A stretch of 64,000 bases of DNA from Paramoeba atlantica (lineage: Eukaryota > Protista > Discosea). Position numbers and translations under genes: made by a program. The stretch lies in assembly GCA_977017575.1 (NCBI GenBank), contig CDRNVI010000053.1:558001-622000 (forward strand), written 5' to 3'. The notes below the pieces were generated by a model that searched no databases, had not been told where the DNA came from, and worked only from the letters and a program-made list of their open reading frames with translations. How positions within the stretch are numbered: position 1 is the stretch's first letter; every line of letters begins with the position of its first letter. Positions 31,290 through 41,611 of this stretch are shown here, one piece after another.

Positions 31290-32828
31290 TTGCATAATGT
31301 CGAAAATTGCTATCCAAACATGATTTTCTACTGCACGTTGACAAGGAGCGAGATGAAACCATTGAAGCTTGGTCGATTTGTTTATTCATTGTCGAGATTA
31401 TCTCATGTGATACATGGATGTGACGCTCAGAAATTTGAAAAGGTACGTTGCTTCTCATCAAAAAGTGACAACGAATATAGTCGATACAGTAATCGAAAGG
31501 ATAGAGATTTTAAATATGCCCAAAGAAGACCCGGTGACTGGAAATGTAGTGCGTGCAACTCTATTAACTTTCGCTCAATAACAATATGTCGCAGATGCGA
31601 AAAGCCTGTAAATAAAGACGATCTTCGCTGGAATAATGAAGATGGGTCTCCTTTCGTTGAACACAGAAACAGCTGGCCATGCCCTGTCTGTAATGTTTTG
31701 AATAGGCAAGGGCGTATGCAGTGTTTCCGTTGCAATGAAAAAATTCCTAGGGAAATAGCGGCTCAATACAATTTCCATGATGGATCTTTCGTATGCACTC
31801 GATGTCACGTTCTGAATTTTGCCGGAGCCGAATCTTGTAAGTTTTGCGGCGAGGCACCTCCAGCAGAGCTTAATTCAAGCGGCAATTCCGATCATCGCTT
31901 AATTTTACAAAAGGCCAAATGGTTGTCCAAGTCTTGGAACTGGCAATGCCCCATTTGTGAATATCGCAATTTGAAATATCGGTGGGAATGCTACAAATGT
32001 CGTCATCAACGAGATGCCACTTGTGTGTACACGCCGAGTAACGAAGTTGGTGAGTATCCAGTGACCAGATTTCCAGGTTTACCGTGCGATTGGATATGTG
32101 GTGCATGTTCTAGGGTGAACTTTAAACATTCGAAAAAATGCACAAGGTGTAAGGCAGACAATGACTTAACTTCTCGAACTATTCCTTTGCCTGAGAGTGC
32201 GTACTTTGAGGGACACAAGGATTATCGTCTCTCTATGGTCCTATTGCCTCCCGGTAGTTGGAGATGCGCCACATGTGAAGTTGTTAACGAACCAAGAAAT
32301 AAGTATTGCCATCGATGCAAAAAGCGTACAGGAAATGATAGCAGAGTTTGCACTCTGTTGCAAGAATGGGTTGTAGGCGAGGCGGAAAGCCTTACTACGC
32401 TTAACTCATTGCGAAATATTATTAAGAAAACTGAATCTTTCATATCACAAGATTTGGATTCAGATTCTCTAGATTCGCTGAAAAATGGTCAGTCGTCTCA
32501 TTCGTTATCTGACGGTGTGGTTACAGAGTCGAATTTAAGCGATTCTACTCTAGATACACGTGAGACTCGTATAAGAGTTGATACCGTTCCCGAGTACATG
32601 TCAGAAAGCTCAGCGCCACCACCGAGGTTTCCATTGTGGGAATGCAATGACTGTCACATGCACAATACATGCTTGAGATGTAGTTGTATTAGTTGCGGAT
32701 CCCGATTTTCCCAACTACCTCCTCTTCCTGATGATTTCAAACACTGTTCCAAGTGCTCTCATGTTAACAACCGGGCGCGAATCAAATGTCTCCGCTGTAC
32801 CGGTCTGGTGGAGGAAAAGAGACCATGA
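31290..32828 (+). CDS. Multi-RanBP2-type zinc finger protein (8 fingers)
   Basis: Repeated W-x-C-x2-C-x3-N-x6-C-x2-C motifs, for example GDWKCSACNSINFRSITICRRC. Confidence 0.85.
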   Translation: MHNVENCYPNMIFYCTLTRSEMKPLKLGRFVYSLSRLSHVIHGCDAQKFEKVRCFSSKSDNEYSRYSNRKDRDFKYAQRRPGDWKCSACNSINFRSITICRRCEKPVNKDDLRWNNEDGSPFVEHRNSWPCPVCNVLNRQGRMQCFRCNEKIPREIAAQYNFHDGSFVCTRCHVLNFAGAESCKFCGEAPPAELNSSGNSDHRLILQKAKWLSKSWNWQCPICEYRNLKYRWECYKCRHQRDATCVYTPSNEVGEYPVTRFPGLPCDWICGACSRVNFKHSKKCTRCKADNDLTSRTIPLPESAYFEGHKDYRLSMVLLPPGSWRCATCEVVNEPRNKYCHRCKKRTGNDSRVCTLLQEWVVGEAESLTTLNSLRNIIKKTESFISQDLDSDSLDSLKNGQSSHSLSDGVVTESNLSDSTLDTRETRIRVDTVPEYMSESSAPPPRFPLWECNDCHMHNTCLRCSCISCGSRFSQLPPLPDDFKHCSKCSHVNNRARIKCLRCTGLVEEKRP

Positions 32829-33051
32829 GGTTGTTCGTCAAGTACAGAATACCGAAGTTATTAAATACATGCCAATGAAACATTGCGGGCACTTTTCCCT
32901 TTTAGATGAGTACAAGCAGCATAAAATTTGAGTGAACACGGCATATCTTTTGGTGGTCATGAATCCACTTGTAAATTGTTTATTTGTTTTACTAAACGTA
33001 CCGAGATTCAATTTCTTTTCTACCTCCGGGCCTTAAGACGAATTCGGTGCA

Positions 33052-33089
33052 TTGTTTTCTGTACCCTTTGTTTCATTTGTTTTTCTTAG
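33052..33089 (+). promoter_or_regulatory. Probable trans-splice acceptor upstream of the KREX-like gene
   Basis: Long T/C tract ending TTTTCTTAG, 26 nt before the ATG at 33116. Confidence 0.55.
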
Positions 33090-33115
33090 AAGTTCTAAGA
33101 ATAAAAGCATAGTAA

Positions 33116-35623
33116 ATGTGGAGGAAAGCTGCTTATCGCACTGCATCGAAACTTTCCGACCTTCGGCACCCGATCACAACTAAGTCAGGTTGGGAATTCG
33201 AGCATGTAGGAATAGACATTCAGAACTACATCGAGATTTCAGTTTCAATTCACAAAGATGAATGGGCCAATACTGATAAAGATCAACAGAAACTATTGAA
33301 TCAGACTAGTAGCTATGGGGTAGACGCTTTGCGAACACAAATTTTTGGTCTTGCGAAACCAACTAAATCAGTTGGTATATTTCTTGATGGTTCTCTTCCG
33401 CTTTGGTGCATTCGAAGTTTTCGCAGGGGTAAAAAATCTTACAAGTTGCAGCACTCACCAGGTTCAGAGCTTTTGGTGGCAACTGAATGCAAATTGGCAA
33501 GTGACATGAAGCGTCGGCTTCGGGAACAAAATCGCTCTGTCGGTGAGATGGTTCTCTCAGGAACTCGCACGCCAGGATCCTTAGAGGGCAAAATGGCGGG
33601 TTGGTTTCAAGATTTGGTCGCTCGAGGAAGTGTTAGAAATGAACGAATAGCAATTATAGCTCAAGGAGCTCATCATTTTGCAACAATGATGGCAATGGTG
33701 CCATTTCACAATATCAGCTTTCTTTCACTTGTGCAGCAAAACAGCTCACAGTTCTACTTTTATGACATGATGGAATACTTCGGACTATTAGAATACATGG
33801 ACTCGCCGGATCTCTCACGCATTCGTATTGATTTAACTTTTCTCATTATATTAACGTACGGAATAAGTTGGGCCCAGCTTAATGCCTTAAGCAATGTCTC
33901 TTTAAAGGACATCTTGGATAACTATCACCAAATATCTATCCCGAAACGGAAATTTCTTTTTACAGAAAGCTTAAAGCTTGACGTAAAAAACTTTAAATTA
34001 ATACTCCCATCTAGTAAAGTGCAACGCCGAAGCATGGCTGACAATGTGTTGACAGTATGCAAAGAATATACGGAGATGTCTCTTCAAACACACCACACCT
34101 TGTGCACCGGACGCGTCTTAAATTATTATTACGTTCCAACAGAATATTTAAATTCCGAAAAACCACTAGCACTTGGACTCCAACATATTACAGCTTGGCT
34201 TGATGGGGTAGACCAGCCGTATATTACTCCCACCGTTGATTTAAGACCCGCAATATCCGCCCTACACTTCGGAATATCTTGCATCGGTAGTGAGTTTGCG
34301 GGATCATGCACAACACTGGGAAAATGGATGAAGGCGCATCCAGAACCTAAAGAGGCCTATGGCGTTTTTAAGCAATTAATAAGCCAAAGTGAAATTCCTG
34401 ATGTTCTTACAAAAGCAAACGATTTGATACAGACTTTAAAGCAACAAATTCCCCCAATCCTGCAGGAAACTCATAGAGCCAAGGTTTATTCTCGTATTTA
34501 CCACCATACTCGGGCATCAGCAACGAGCGATTCGTGCCGTCACGAATTTGATATCGGAGCCTTAAGCCAGTCTAAGAAAGGTTTGCGATACGTCCCACAG
34601 ACAGTCCCGATTGTGTTTGATCCCCTCTTGCGTAGGCAAGTCAAACTCCTGGTGGAGTACGACCCTTTTCAAAAGGTATGGGCCATGAAGAATTCGACTC
34701 ATGCTTTGTCATTGTCCACTCAAACCCATTTAAGCTCTTTGCGGTTTATTACTTGGAATGTTCTTTTTAACAAGTACAACAACGAAGACACTGTAATGGG
34801 AAAACCTGCAATTGATCGATGTTCTTCACAGAGATACGTTGCCATTGCGCATGAATTGAGTCAACGGAAAGCCGATGTTATAGCGCTTCAGGAAGTTATG
34901 CCAGAGTTTTGGGAATACCTTGCGAATCAGACTTGGGTGCGTGAGAACTACATTTTAACCTGTGATAAGAGCGGGACAGACATTAACCCATGGGGTATTT
35001 TCATGATGTGTCACAAGCGACTAACGATAGCAGAAACAAATACGCACAATGTTCCAGGGTACAACGGGCATATTTGTCCTATGCCCGAAGTGGCAATATC
35101 AATAAAGGGTGTTGGTCCAGAGGGTATTCTAAGAATCAGCTCCATCCATTTAAATTCTTCACTGAACGAGAACATGATATCCGTTCGCAAAACGCAAATT
35201 GCGAATTTCATGAAGCTATGCGATGAGAAACGTACCGGGATGCACTGCATTGTTGGCGGAGATTATAATCAGGAGTGGAGTATGCCATCAAATACCTACT
35301 TTCGAGATGCTTGGACCACGGCTGGCCTTTCAGAGCGCTCCGGGTGGACTATAGACAACGAACGAAATGGTTTATGCGCTCGATTGATTGAAGATCAATT
35401 CCAAGGTCGGTATGATAGAATCTTTTTTAGATCACCAGTTCTTCACCTAGAGGGCGCTAGCTTAATTGGCGATCGCAGTGTTAATGAAATTTTGGGATCA
35501 CCTCCTAGTTCGCTTGCACCAAATATGACCTGGCCGGAATGGTTGTATCCATCGGATCACTTCGGGGTTGAGTGTTCTTTTTGCATTAATTTTCCTCGCG
35601 CCGGGAAGTTTAAAAAGGAATAG
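33116..35623 (+). CDS. KREX1/KREX2: Editosome U-specific exonuclease KREX1/KREX2-like (XRN-like 5'-3' exonuclease N-domain plus EEP C-domain)
   Basis: N-terminal GIDIQN, PTKSVGIFLDGSLP, PGSEL and PGSLEGK resemble the XRN N-domain. C-terminal ITWNV, IALQEV, SIHL, GGDYN, RYDRIFF and SDHFGV are intact EEP motifs. This two-domain layout with a mitochondrial-type N-terminus defines KREX1/2. Confidence 0.75.
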   Translation: MWRKAAYRTASKLSDLRHPITTKSGWEFEHVGIDIQNYIEISVSIHKDEWANTDKDQQKLLNQTSSYGVDALRTQIFGLAKPTKSVGIFLDGSLPLWCIRSFRRGKKSYKLQHSPGSELLVATECKLASDMKRRLREQNRSVGEMVLSGTRTPGSLEGKMAGWFQDLVARGSVRNERIAIIAQGAHHFATMMAMVPFHNISFLSLVQQNSSQFYFYDMMEYFGLLEYMDSPDLSRIRIDLTFLIILTYGISWAQLNALSNVSLKDILDNYHQISIPKRKFLFTESLKLDVKNFKLILPSSKVQRRSMADNVLTVCKEYTEMSLQTHHTLCTGRVLNYYYVPTEYLNSEKPLALGLQHITAWLDGVDQPYITPTVDLRPAISALHFGISCIGSEFAGSCTTLGKWMKAHPEPKEAYGVFKQLISQSEIPDVLTKANDLIQTLKQQIPPILQETHRAKVYSRIYHHTRASATSDSCRHEFDIGALSQSKKGLRYVPQTVPIVFDPLLRRQVKLLVEYDPFQKVWAMKNSTHALSLSTQTHLSSLRFITWNVLFNKYNNEDTVMGKPAIDRCSSQRYVAIAHELSQRKADVIALQEVMPEFWEYLANQTWVRENYILTCDKSGTDINPWGIFMMCHKRLTIAETNTHNVPGYNGHICPMPEVAISIKGVGPEGILRISSIHLNSSLNENMISVRKTQIANFMKLCDEKRTGMHCIVGGDYNQEWSMPSNTYFRDAWTTAGLSERSGWTIDNERNGLCARLIEDQFQGRYDRIFFRSPVLHLEGASLIGDRSVNEILGSPPSSLAPNMTWPEWLYPSDHFGVECSFCINFPRAGKFKKE

Positions 35624-36164
35624 TTTGTTTTTTTAAGTAATATTTAAGCCACACTTCCTGTGTATGAACTATTAAGGAGAAATAGCTGACTCGATATCTC
35701 TTTAAATATGGGCCAAAAAAAGTTACGCAACCTTATGTGTTCATTGTGAACAACGTACATGTATTTTCATCTGCTGATGAAGGATTATACAATTCACTTA
35801 TGATCAGAAGGAAACATCAACTGCGCTACAACATTAATACACTTTGAACCGTGTTGCGTGGGCGCAGCGTACTAGAATATTTTTGTCGCATTGTAACGCT
35901 ACATGATCAATTACGTGGCACTTTATACCTGTATGGATATTTATTTATTATATTGCGTGCCCATAGTTGTAAATTCTTCTAATTCTACGAATTTCGTTTA
36001 ATTTTATCACAATCATACTCGTCTGGATACATTTTAATTTTTGGCGTTTTCATTATTGCCAAAGATGGAAGTTCGTTTAGGTTCACCTACATAAAAGAAC
36101 TCAGCTATCCTAGAGGACCGGCAGAAATTGTAAAACGAATACAGTGCAATCGCATATTTAGGTC

Positions 36165-37043
36165 ATGTCGGATCCCATTCGCCGTGACCCGGGAGAATTT
36201 TTACGCCAGTTAAAGCGCATGTGCTCGAATTCCCACTGGCAGAAAGCGATGTTCTTCGCTTCACGCGGTCGCATGATAGGATTTCAGCTTGATGTCCGAC
36301 ACTACAACTTATGTCTCTACAGCCAAGCGGTATGGGGAAGGGCCCTTGAAATCGTACAACTCATTGACGCCATGAATCATGACAAGGTCAAGTTGGACGC
36401 TAGCAGTTACTACTACATCGTCAACGGTATGGCGAATGTGGATCACGGGTACTCGGCTGATTTTAACGTAAACCACCGTCTCGAGCGGCTACAGCACTGG
36501 CGAGTTGCCATCAATGCTTTGCTTGCGTGTGAGGCCAATGGTCATGAGCCCACCGCCACCATGTACAACAGTGCCATTGTGGCGTGTACCATCCCTACCA
36601 TGGAGCGCTGGATGGAAGCTACCTACCTGTTTCACCGCTTACTGTCTGAGGAGCATAAACCCCATCCCCAGATGGTACAGAAACTGGAGCTTTGTTTGCT
36701 CCGAGCACGACGACCGTTTGATATTCAGCGCCTGCTGAATCTCGCAGTCACTCATCACACTCAAGGGTATCATACCCGGGAGTGTGTGGTGGGGGGTGGG
36801 CCTCGGGTGGCGCTGACCCCAGAGGAAGAGCAGGCGTACGAGGCGGAGTGCGATCTCCCGGCCTATGGTACCGGGGGGGTGCCGCTGCACGCTCACGGTA
36901 TTTTCCGCCCCATGGTGTGGAGAGGGCTGTGGTGGCGCTGGCACGCGGTAGCGAATAAGTACCGCCCGCGACAGGCGCTGAAACGAAGGCAGCTCTGCCC
37001 GAGGTGGTCTCCTTCTGGGATTCCGGGGTGGAATAAGAAGTGA
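36165..37043 (+). CDS. Pentatricopeptide-repeat (PPR) protein, probably mitochondrial RNA-associated
   Basis: PPR-like helices: DVRHYNLCLYS, DASSYYYIVNG, PTATMYNSAIVAC and WMEATYLFHRL. Confidence 0.7.
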   Translation: MSDPIRRDPGEFLRQLKRMCSNSHWQKAMFFASRGRMIGFQLDVRHYNLCLYSQAVWGRALEIVQLIDAMNHDKVKLDASSYYYIVNGMANVDHGYSADFNVNHRLERLQHWRVAINALLACEANGHEPTATMYNSAIVACTIPTMERWMEATYLFHRLLSEEHKPHPQMVQKLELCLLRARRPFDIQRLLNLAVTHHTQGYHTRECVVGGGPRVALTPEEEQAYEAECDLPAYGTGGVPLHAHGIFRPMVWRGLWWRWHAVANKYRPRQALKRRQLCPRWSPSGIPGWNKK

Positions 37044-37244
37044 GAACGGAAGGAGGGTGATCACTGTGATTGAATATTTATTTTATGGTATACAATACCG
37101 CATTGTTTGCTTTTAATGACATACACGTACTACTTTGTTTTTTGTTCTTTTTGTCCAATAATTCTTTCCGCGTCCCATATATTTTCACGATAGATTTATT
37201 GGTATTTTTCCCAGGAGCTCCTCTACACCTTACCATATTAAGGA

Positions 37245-38501
37245 ATGACTGATCACATTAGAGTTCAATTCTGGACACACTGCACGAATTATCGAATCGA
37301 GGACAGCTCGAGTCGAACCTTTACGGTGCCTCCGAATGTACTCCCGGAAGGTCTTTCCGAACTTGTAGGTTCGCTTCTTTCCACTTCGGCAGTTCCAATG
37401 GCATTCTTAATTGGGGGCACTCTGCTCACTACTGCGCTTGGGCAGTACCTGAGGGATCACCCAGAGGAGTCCACCCCGGAACATGTGATTCGGATCCAAT
37501 ACCTCCCGAAGTTGCATCCCGAAGTTACGGCCTCCATGCCGCAGGAGGACTGGGTGAGTTGCGTCCGTAGTGTATATCCGGCATCAGGATTATTCGCGAC
37601 GGGATCCTATGACTACATTGTGCGTGTGTGTCACATAGCCGCAAGCGGTTCCCAGGAGGTGGCACGCGGAGTAGCACACCAAGCCCCTGTCAAAGAGATT
37701 TGTATTTTAAATGCGCCCGAGTCCCTTCAAGAGCATGTTAGAAAGGAACAACACGAGATGTTGTCCCGGCTGAAAGGTATGCAAATTGTTTCTGCCGTCC
37801 AAGACGGCTCCGTCGGGTTGTGGGATTTTCCTTCCCAAAGTGCCTCTGAACACGAAACCTTGAAGACACCACTTTCACTTTCGTTGACCAGAGAATTTCG
37901 CTTTCACACAGAACCTGTCGAGACTGTGTGTAGCACTGGAGAGTCTAATCTAGTCGCCAGCGGGGGCTGGGACAACCAAATATGCGTGTGGGACCCTACC
38001 CGAGATTTCTTGGAACCACGAGTACGGCTCCAGGGGCATATACGCGCCGTAACAAAATGCGGTGCCTCCTTGCTTACAGGGTTGATCAGCACCTCCCTGG
38101 ATGGTTCTCTTCGCCGCTGGGATATCGAAACAGGACAGTGTGCACTCACACAGCACTGTGGACACGCGGCGTATGGGATGGCTTGCCGTGGGGAGTACAC
38201 TACCACGGCGCATACCGACGCTAAGGTACGGCTTTGGGTCGGGCAAAGCCCTGACCCCACACACATCCTGAAAGGTCACACGAGATGGGTGTATAACGTT
38301 GCGTTTTATGGTGACAGTCATGTGGCGAGTGCATCCGAGGACGGGACGATTCGCTTGTGGGATGTACGCGTCCCAAATGAGCCTTTATCCATTCTGTCAC
38401 ATGTTCATGCAAATGGGGTGTTAGATGTAATCAATGCAGGCGAGGGCTTTATTGCTTCTTCTGGTAAAGATCATTTTATAAGAGTAACTCAAATAGGATG
38501 A
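37245..38501 (+). CDS. WDR12: Ribosome biogenesis protein YTM1/WDR12 (NLE domain plus WD40)
   Basis: NLE-like N-terminus (IRVQFWT...GLSELV..LL...FLIGG..L), EDWVSCV, TGSYD and multiple GH...WD repeats. Confidence 0.8.
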   Translation: MTDHIRVQFWTHCTNYRIEDSSSRTFTVPPNVLPEGLSELVGSLLSTSAVPMAFLIGGTLLTTALGQYLRDHPEESTPEHVIRIQYLPKLHPEVTASMPQEDWVSCVRSVYPASGLFATGSYDYIVRVCHIAASGSQEVARGVAHQAPVKEICILNAPESLQEHVRKEQHEMLSRLKGMQIVSAVQDGSVGLWDFPSQSASEHETLKTPLSLSLTREFRFHTEPVETVCSTGESNLVASGGWDNQICVWDPTRDFLEPRVRLQGHIRAVTKCGASLLTGLISTSLDGSLRRWDIETGQCALTQHCGHAAYGMACRGEYTTTAHTDAKVRLWVGQSPDPTHILKGHTRWVYNVAFYGDSHVASASEDGTIRLWDVRVPNEPLSILSHVHANGVLDVINAGEGFIASSGKDHFIRVTQIG

Positions 38502-38787
38502 TGTCAATGTCGTGTGTGCACGACATATAAGTCGATTTCTGTATTAAAACTATTCTTACTACGTTTCGTTGTATTTTATAATACAGAACTTTAAAAGTAT
38601 CCTTACATGGGCTAGAAGAATATACATGTACTTCTTGGACAACTCCGTAACTGGTTAGTATAAATTTTTATTCTTCTAAGCCAACTACCATATTATCTAG
38701 TACAGGCACTGATTTTTGTTTACCATTTCATGGCGCCACAGTGTTAATGTCTTAGTTTAAGACTCTTAAACACGCACCGATGCACCC

Positions 38788-39864
38788 TTGCACGAATCTG
38801 TATTTTTGTGCTTAATTTTGGAAAGAAATGGAGTTCTGATGAACATCGAGATGCGACACTATAACTTTATTTCCGTTTCCGAAAAGTGGTGCAAACTGTG
38901 TCACGAACCCTATGCTTCTTGGAGATCCCACATCAGCGGAAGAGTTCAGTGCCACGCAACACTTGAAGATTTGTTTTACTCTTATACTACTTTGCATTTG
39001 CGGACTTGGAAACCGCAACTGGTCTATCTTACCATAGGAATGAACCCACATAATATACTTTCTTTCCAGCAGGGGAAAAGAGTCAAATCGTCACGTACTT
39101 CAACTAAAAAGAAATTTAATGCTACTTCTTCACATATTGTGGATAATAGGAAAGCACATGCTTTCAAAAGATACATGGGCGAAGAGATAAAAAATTCAAG
39201 TGTAGCTCCTGCGAATGAACGCTTTCAAAACCTTGATCACGGCAGGTTTAAACTATTATATAAAACGTATGACTTTGAAAGAGCTAATCACATGCACACT
39301 CTGTATAACTTGATTCTGCATCTGTATGTTAATAAGTGGCTTGCCGGTTGCATTTCGCAAGACACACGTGAACTAACTTTCCGCTCCCTCCATGGTTTAA
39401 AATGTATAAATTATATACTTGTTAGAATTCTATGGGTTTTATTTTTGAGATCAGACACGGGGTCACTTAGCGTTACTCACCAACGCTGTGTCGACCCTTA
39501 TAACCTCGAAGTCGTCTTTGACAGTCTTCGTCTCGGATGTATTTTTCATTTGACGAAACAAACCCCGGAAGCGAAAGCTTATCAAGTTCGAGTGATTTAC
39601 AGTGATATATATGGCTTACTCTTTTGGTACACCAAGGCGCCTATCTATATTCGAGAAATAGCTGAATACGTCCTAAAATCTCTATCCGCTTACGTGGTCG
39701 AAGTTCAAATGATTGAACTTAGCAATCGTGCTGATAGGGCTTGGAAAACTTTTGGTTGTCCAACAGAACCGAATACATTTCCCCTAACCCTACAAAACAG
39801 AATAGGACGAAAAGAGGATGCAGAGATAGTGTTACGCTATCCCAAACTCTTTGAAACGCTTTAG
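38788..39864 (+). CDS. KREPB-family editosome-like protein (U1-like zinc finger plus degenerate RNase III)
   Basis: WCKLCHEPY..W..H.....H finger, then GLKCINYILVRILWVLF..SDTGSLS...RCVDPYNLEVVFDSLRL and KAYQVRVI, which follow RNase III fold spacing without the catalytic acidic residues. Confidence 0.6.
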   Translation: MHESVFLCLILERNGVLMNIEMRHYNFISVSEKWCKLCHEPYASWRSHISGRVQCHATLEDLFYSYTTLHLRTWKPQLVYLTIGMNPHNILSFQQGKRVKSSRTSTKKKFNATSSHIVDNRKAHAFKRYMGEEIKNSSVAPANERFQNLDHGRFKLLYKTYDFERANHMHTLYNLILHLYVNKWLAGCISQDTRELTFRSLHGLKCINYILVRILWVLFLRSDTGSLSVTHQRCVDPYNLEVVFDSLRLGCIFHLTKQTPEAKAYQVRVIYSDIYGLLFWYTKAPIYIREIAEYVLKSLSAYVVEVQMIELSNRADRAWKTFGCPTEPNTFPLTLQNRIGRKEDAEIVLRYPKLFETL

Positions 39865-40008
39865 CCAAAACAATAGTCATTAGAATATGATTAGAAATAA
39901 GTTAGTAACTAGAAATAACGTTTGGTTGAATGACGTTGTGCACTTTACGATTCCATTATAAATTATTTATAAATATATTAAGTATCTATAAATATAATAA
40001 GTATATTT

Positions 40009-41163
40009 TTGTTTTTTACACCTAAATGTAGGTATACATGTATACCCAATATGCTGAAAACCCCACGTGTTTCTATAGCGGTAGGTCTAAAGGTTTGTGG
40101 ACAATGTTTTGCAATGCCTTGTACGCCACTGTTGTCTATGTATTCTGCCAATGTACGATACTTTTCGTCCAACAAAATACTCATACCGAGCTCTCGTAGG
40201 GTTATAAAACATTCAAATCCTTATCGTAATCGTCCATTCCCACACAAGCTTTTTTTAAGCATTTGCGTTAGCTGCGCTATCATTGGGGTTCTCATCGGTC
40301 AATATGCAGAAATTGATGAAAAAACTCTACCGAATGTATTCGTGAAAGAAGACATTGAGCATTCTCTTAAAGAGCATTTTGAATTCCGCCCGGATCTTGC
40401 TGCGGCGCTGATTCGATACGTCTACGTATACATTCTATTTCGAGCACTCGATATTCCTTCCGAGAAACTTCATGCACAGTTTCCTGGTTTACAAGACGCC
40501 GAAGATCTTATCGATACGTTGTGTCAAAGAAATATAATTTCATACGGAGACGCACTGACACTCGCAGCCGCATACGCCGTTACGTTTCTCCGCGGGCCGA
40601 AGATTAACTGGCGTTGCGGACGTAAAGACAGCGCACGGGTACTTTATGAGTTGTCTCACACAGACTTACCTTCAAGTACGGGAAGTTTGGAAGCGTGGTT
40701 GACTCTTTTTGAACGACTTGGATTTACACAAGAAGAGTTTGTAGCTCTCCTCGGGGCGCATACTGTTGGTACCGTACGCCATGCCGCAAATTTTCCTCTT
40801 CAATGGACAGAAGATAAATATCGGTTTAATAATAGCTACTACAAAGTGTTGCGGGAAAAATTGTACAAGGTTCCAATTTATCCAGCGAGCGGCTTTCTTG
40901 TTGCGATATGCTCTCCAGGGGATATGCATAAAAAGAAATTGGCTGCTTTGCCTTGCGAAATTGCTATGATGAATAACCCGGTTACGAAGGGACTCGTCAC
41001 ACGATTTGCAGAATCAGAGGAAGACTGGTTCGAGGTGTTCGGTATTTCCTTCATGAAACTTTGCGAGCTTGGTTGGGAGCAACAATCACTTAGAGAATAC
41101 ATTCCTTTTGGTAGCGCAGACGTTATACGAAACTATATTAAGAAACGGAATAGCACTTCATAA
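40009..41163 (+). CDS. Class I heme peroxidase-like (APX/CCP fold) pseudoperoxidase with an N-terminal TM anchor
   Basis: ISYGDALTLAA, GPKINWRCGRKD, VALLGAHTVG (proximal His) and WT..KYRFNNSYY. The distal RLAWH motif reads RYVYV. Confidence 0.75.
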   Translation: MFFTPKCRYTCIPNMLKTPRVSIAVGLKVCGQCFAMPCTPLLSMYSANVRYFSSNKILIPSSRRVIKHSNPYRNRPFPHKLFLSICVSCAIIGVLIGQYAEIDEKTLPNVFVKEDIEHSLKEHFEFRPDLAAALIRYVYVYILFRALDIPSEKLHAQFPGLQDAEDLIDTLCQRNIISYGDALTLAAAYAVTFLRGPKINWRCGRKDSARVLYELSHTDLPSSTGSLEAWLTLFERLGFTQEEFVALLGAHTVGTVRHAANFPLQWTEDKYRFNNSYYKVLREKLYKVPIYPASGFLVAICSPGDMHKKKLAALPCEIAMMNNPVTKGLVTRFAESEEDWFEVFGISFMKLCELGWEQQSLREYIPFGSADVIRNYIKKRNSTS

Positions 41164-41611
41164 AATTTGAAATGAAGACAATAGACGAGAAAATGGAGAT
41201 TAATGGTGGAATCTCTCTTTTTGCACCTGATTTTTTTATAAGACAAGTACAGGTGTAACGTCATCCTTTTACTTATCCTGTCAAAAAGGCGGAAAAATGA
41301 AAAAAGAACATGTGATAAGTCGCATGGTATGACAAGTCACGTAGTATTAAGTATGAACGAGTGCCAAGGGACAATGGAAGCATTTGCGGCCTTTATTGTA
41401 GCCCTGAAAAAGATCGGTCGAAACGCAAGTTATTTACTTGAAGTAAATAATTCTAGTATTCAGTGTTCTTCAACATTTAAAAACGGGAAAAAGGGAGATT
41501 TGACCGATTTCGGTAATCAGACGCAATTCTGGTTTTATATGCATATTTATAATCGCATACATATTCTAAATACATATAAAAGATTCCTTTAAAAAGAGCA
41601 AATATTTTACG

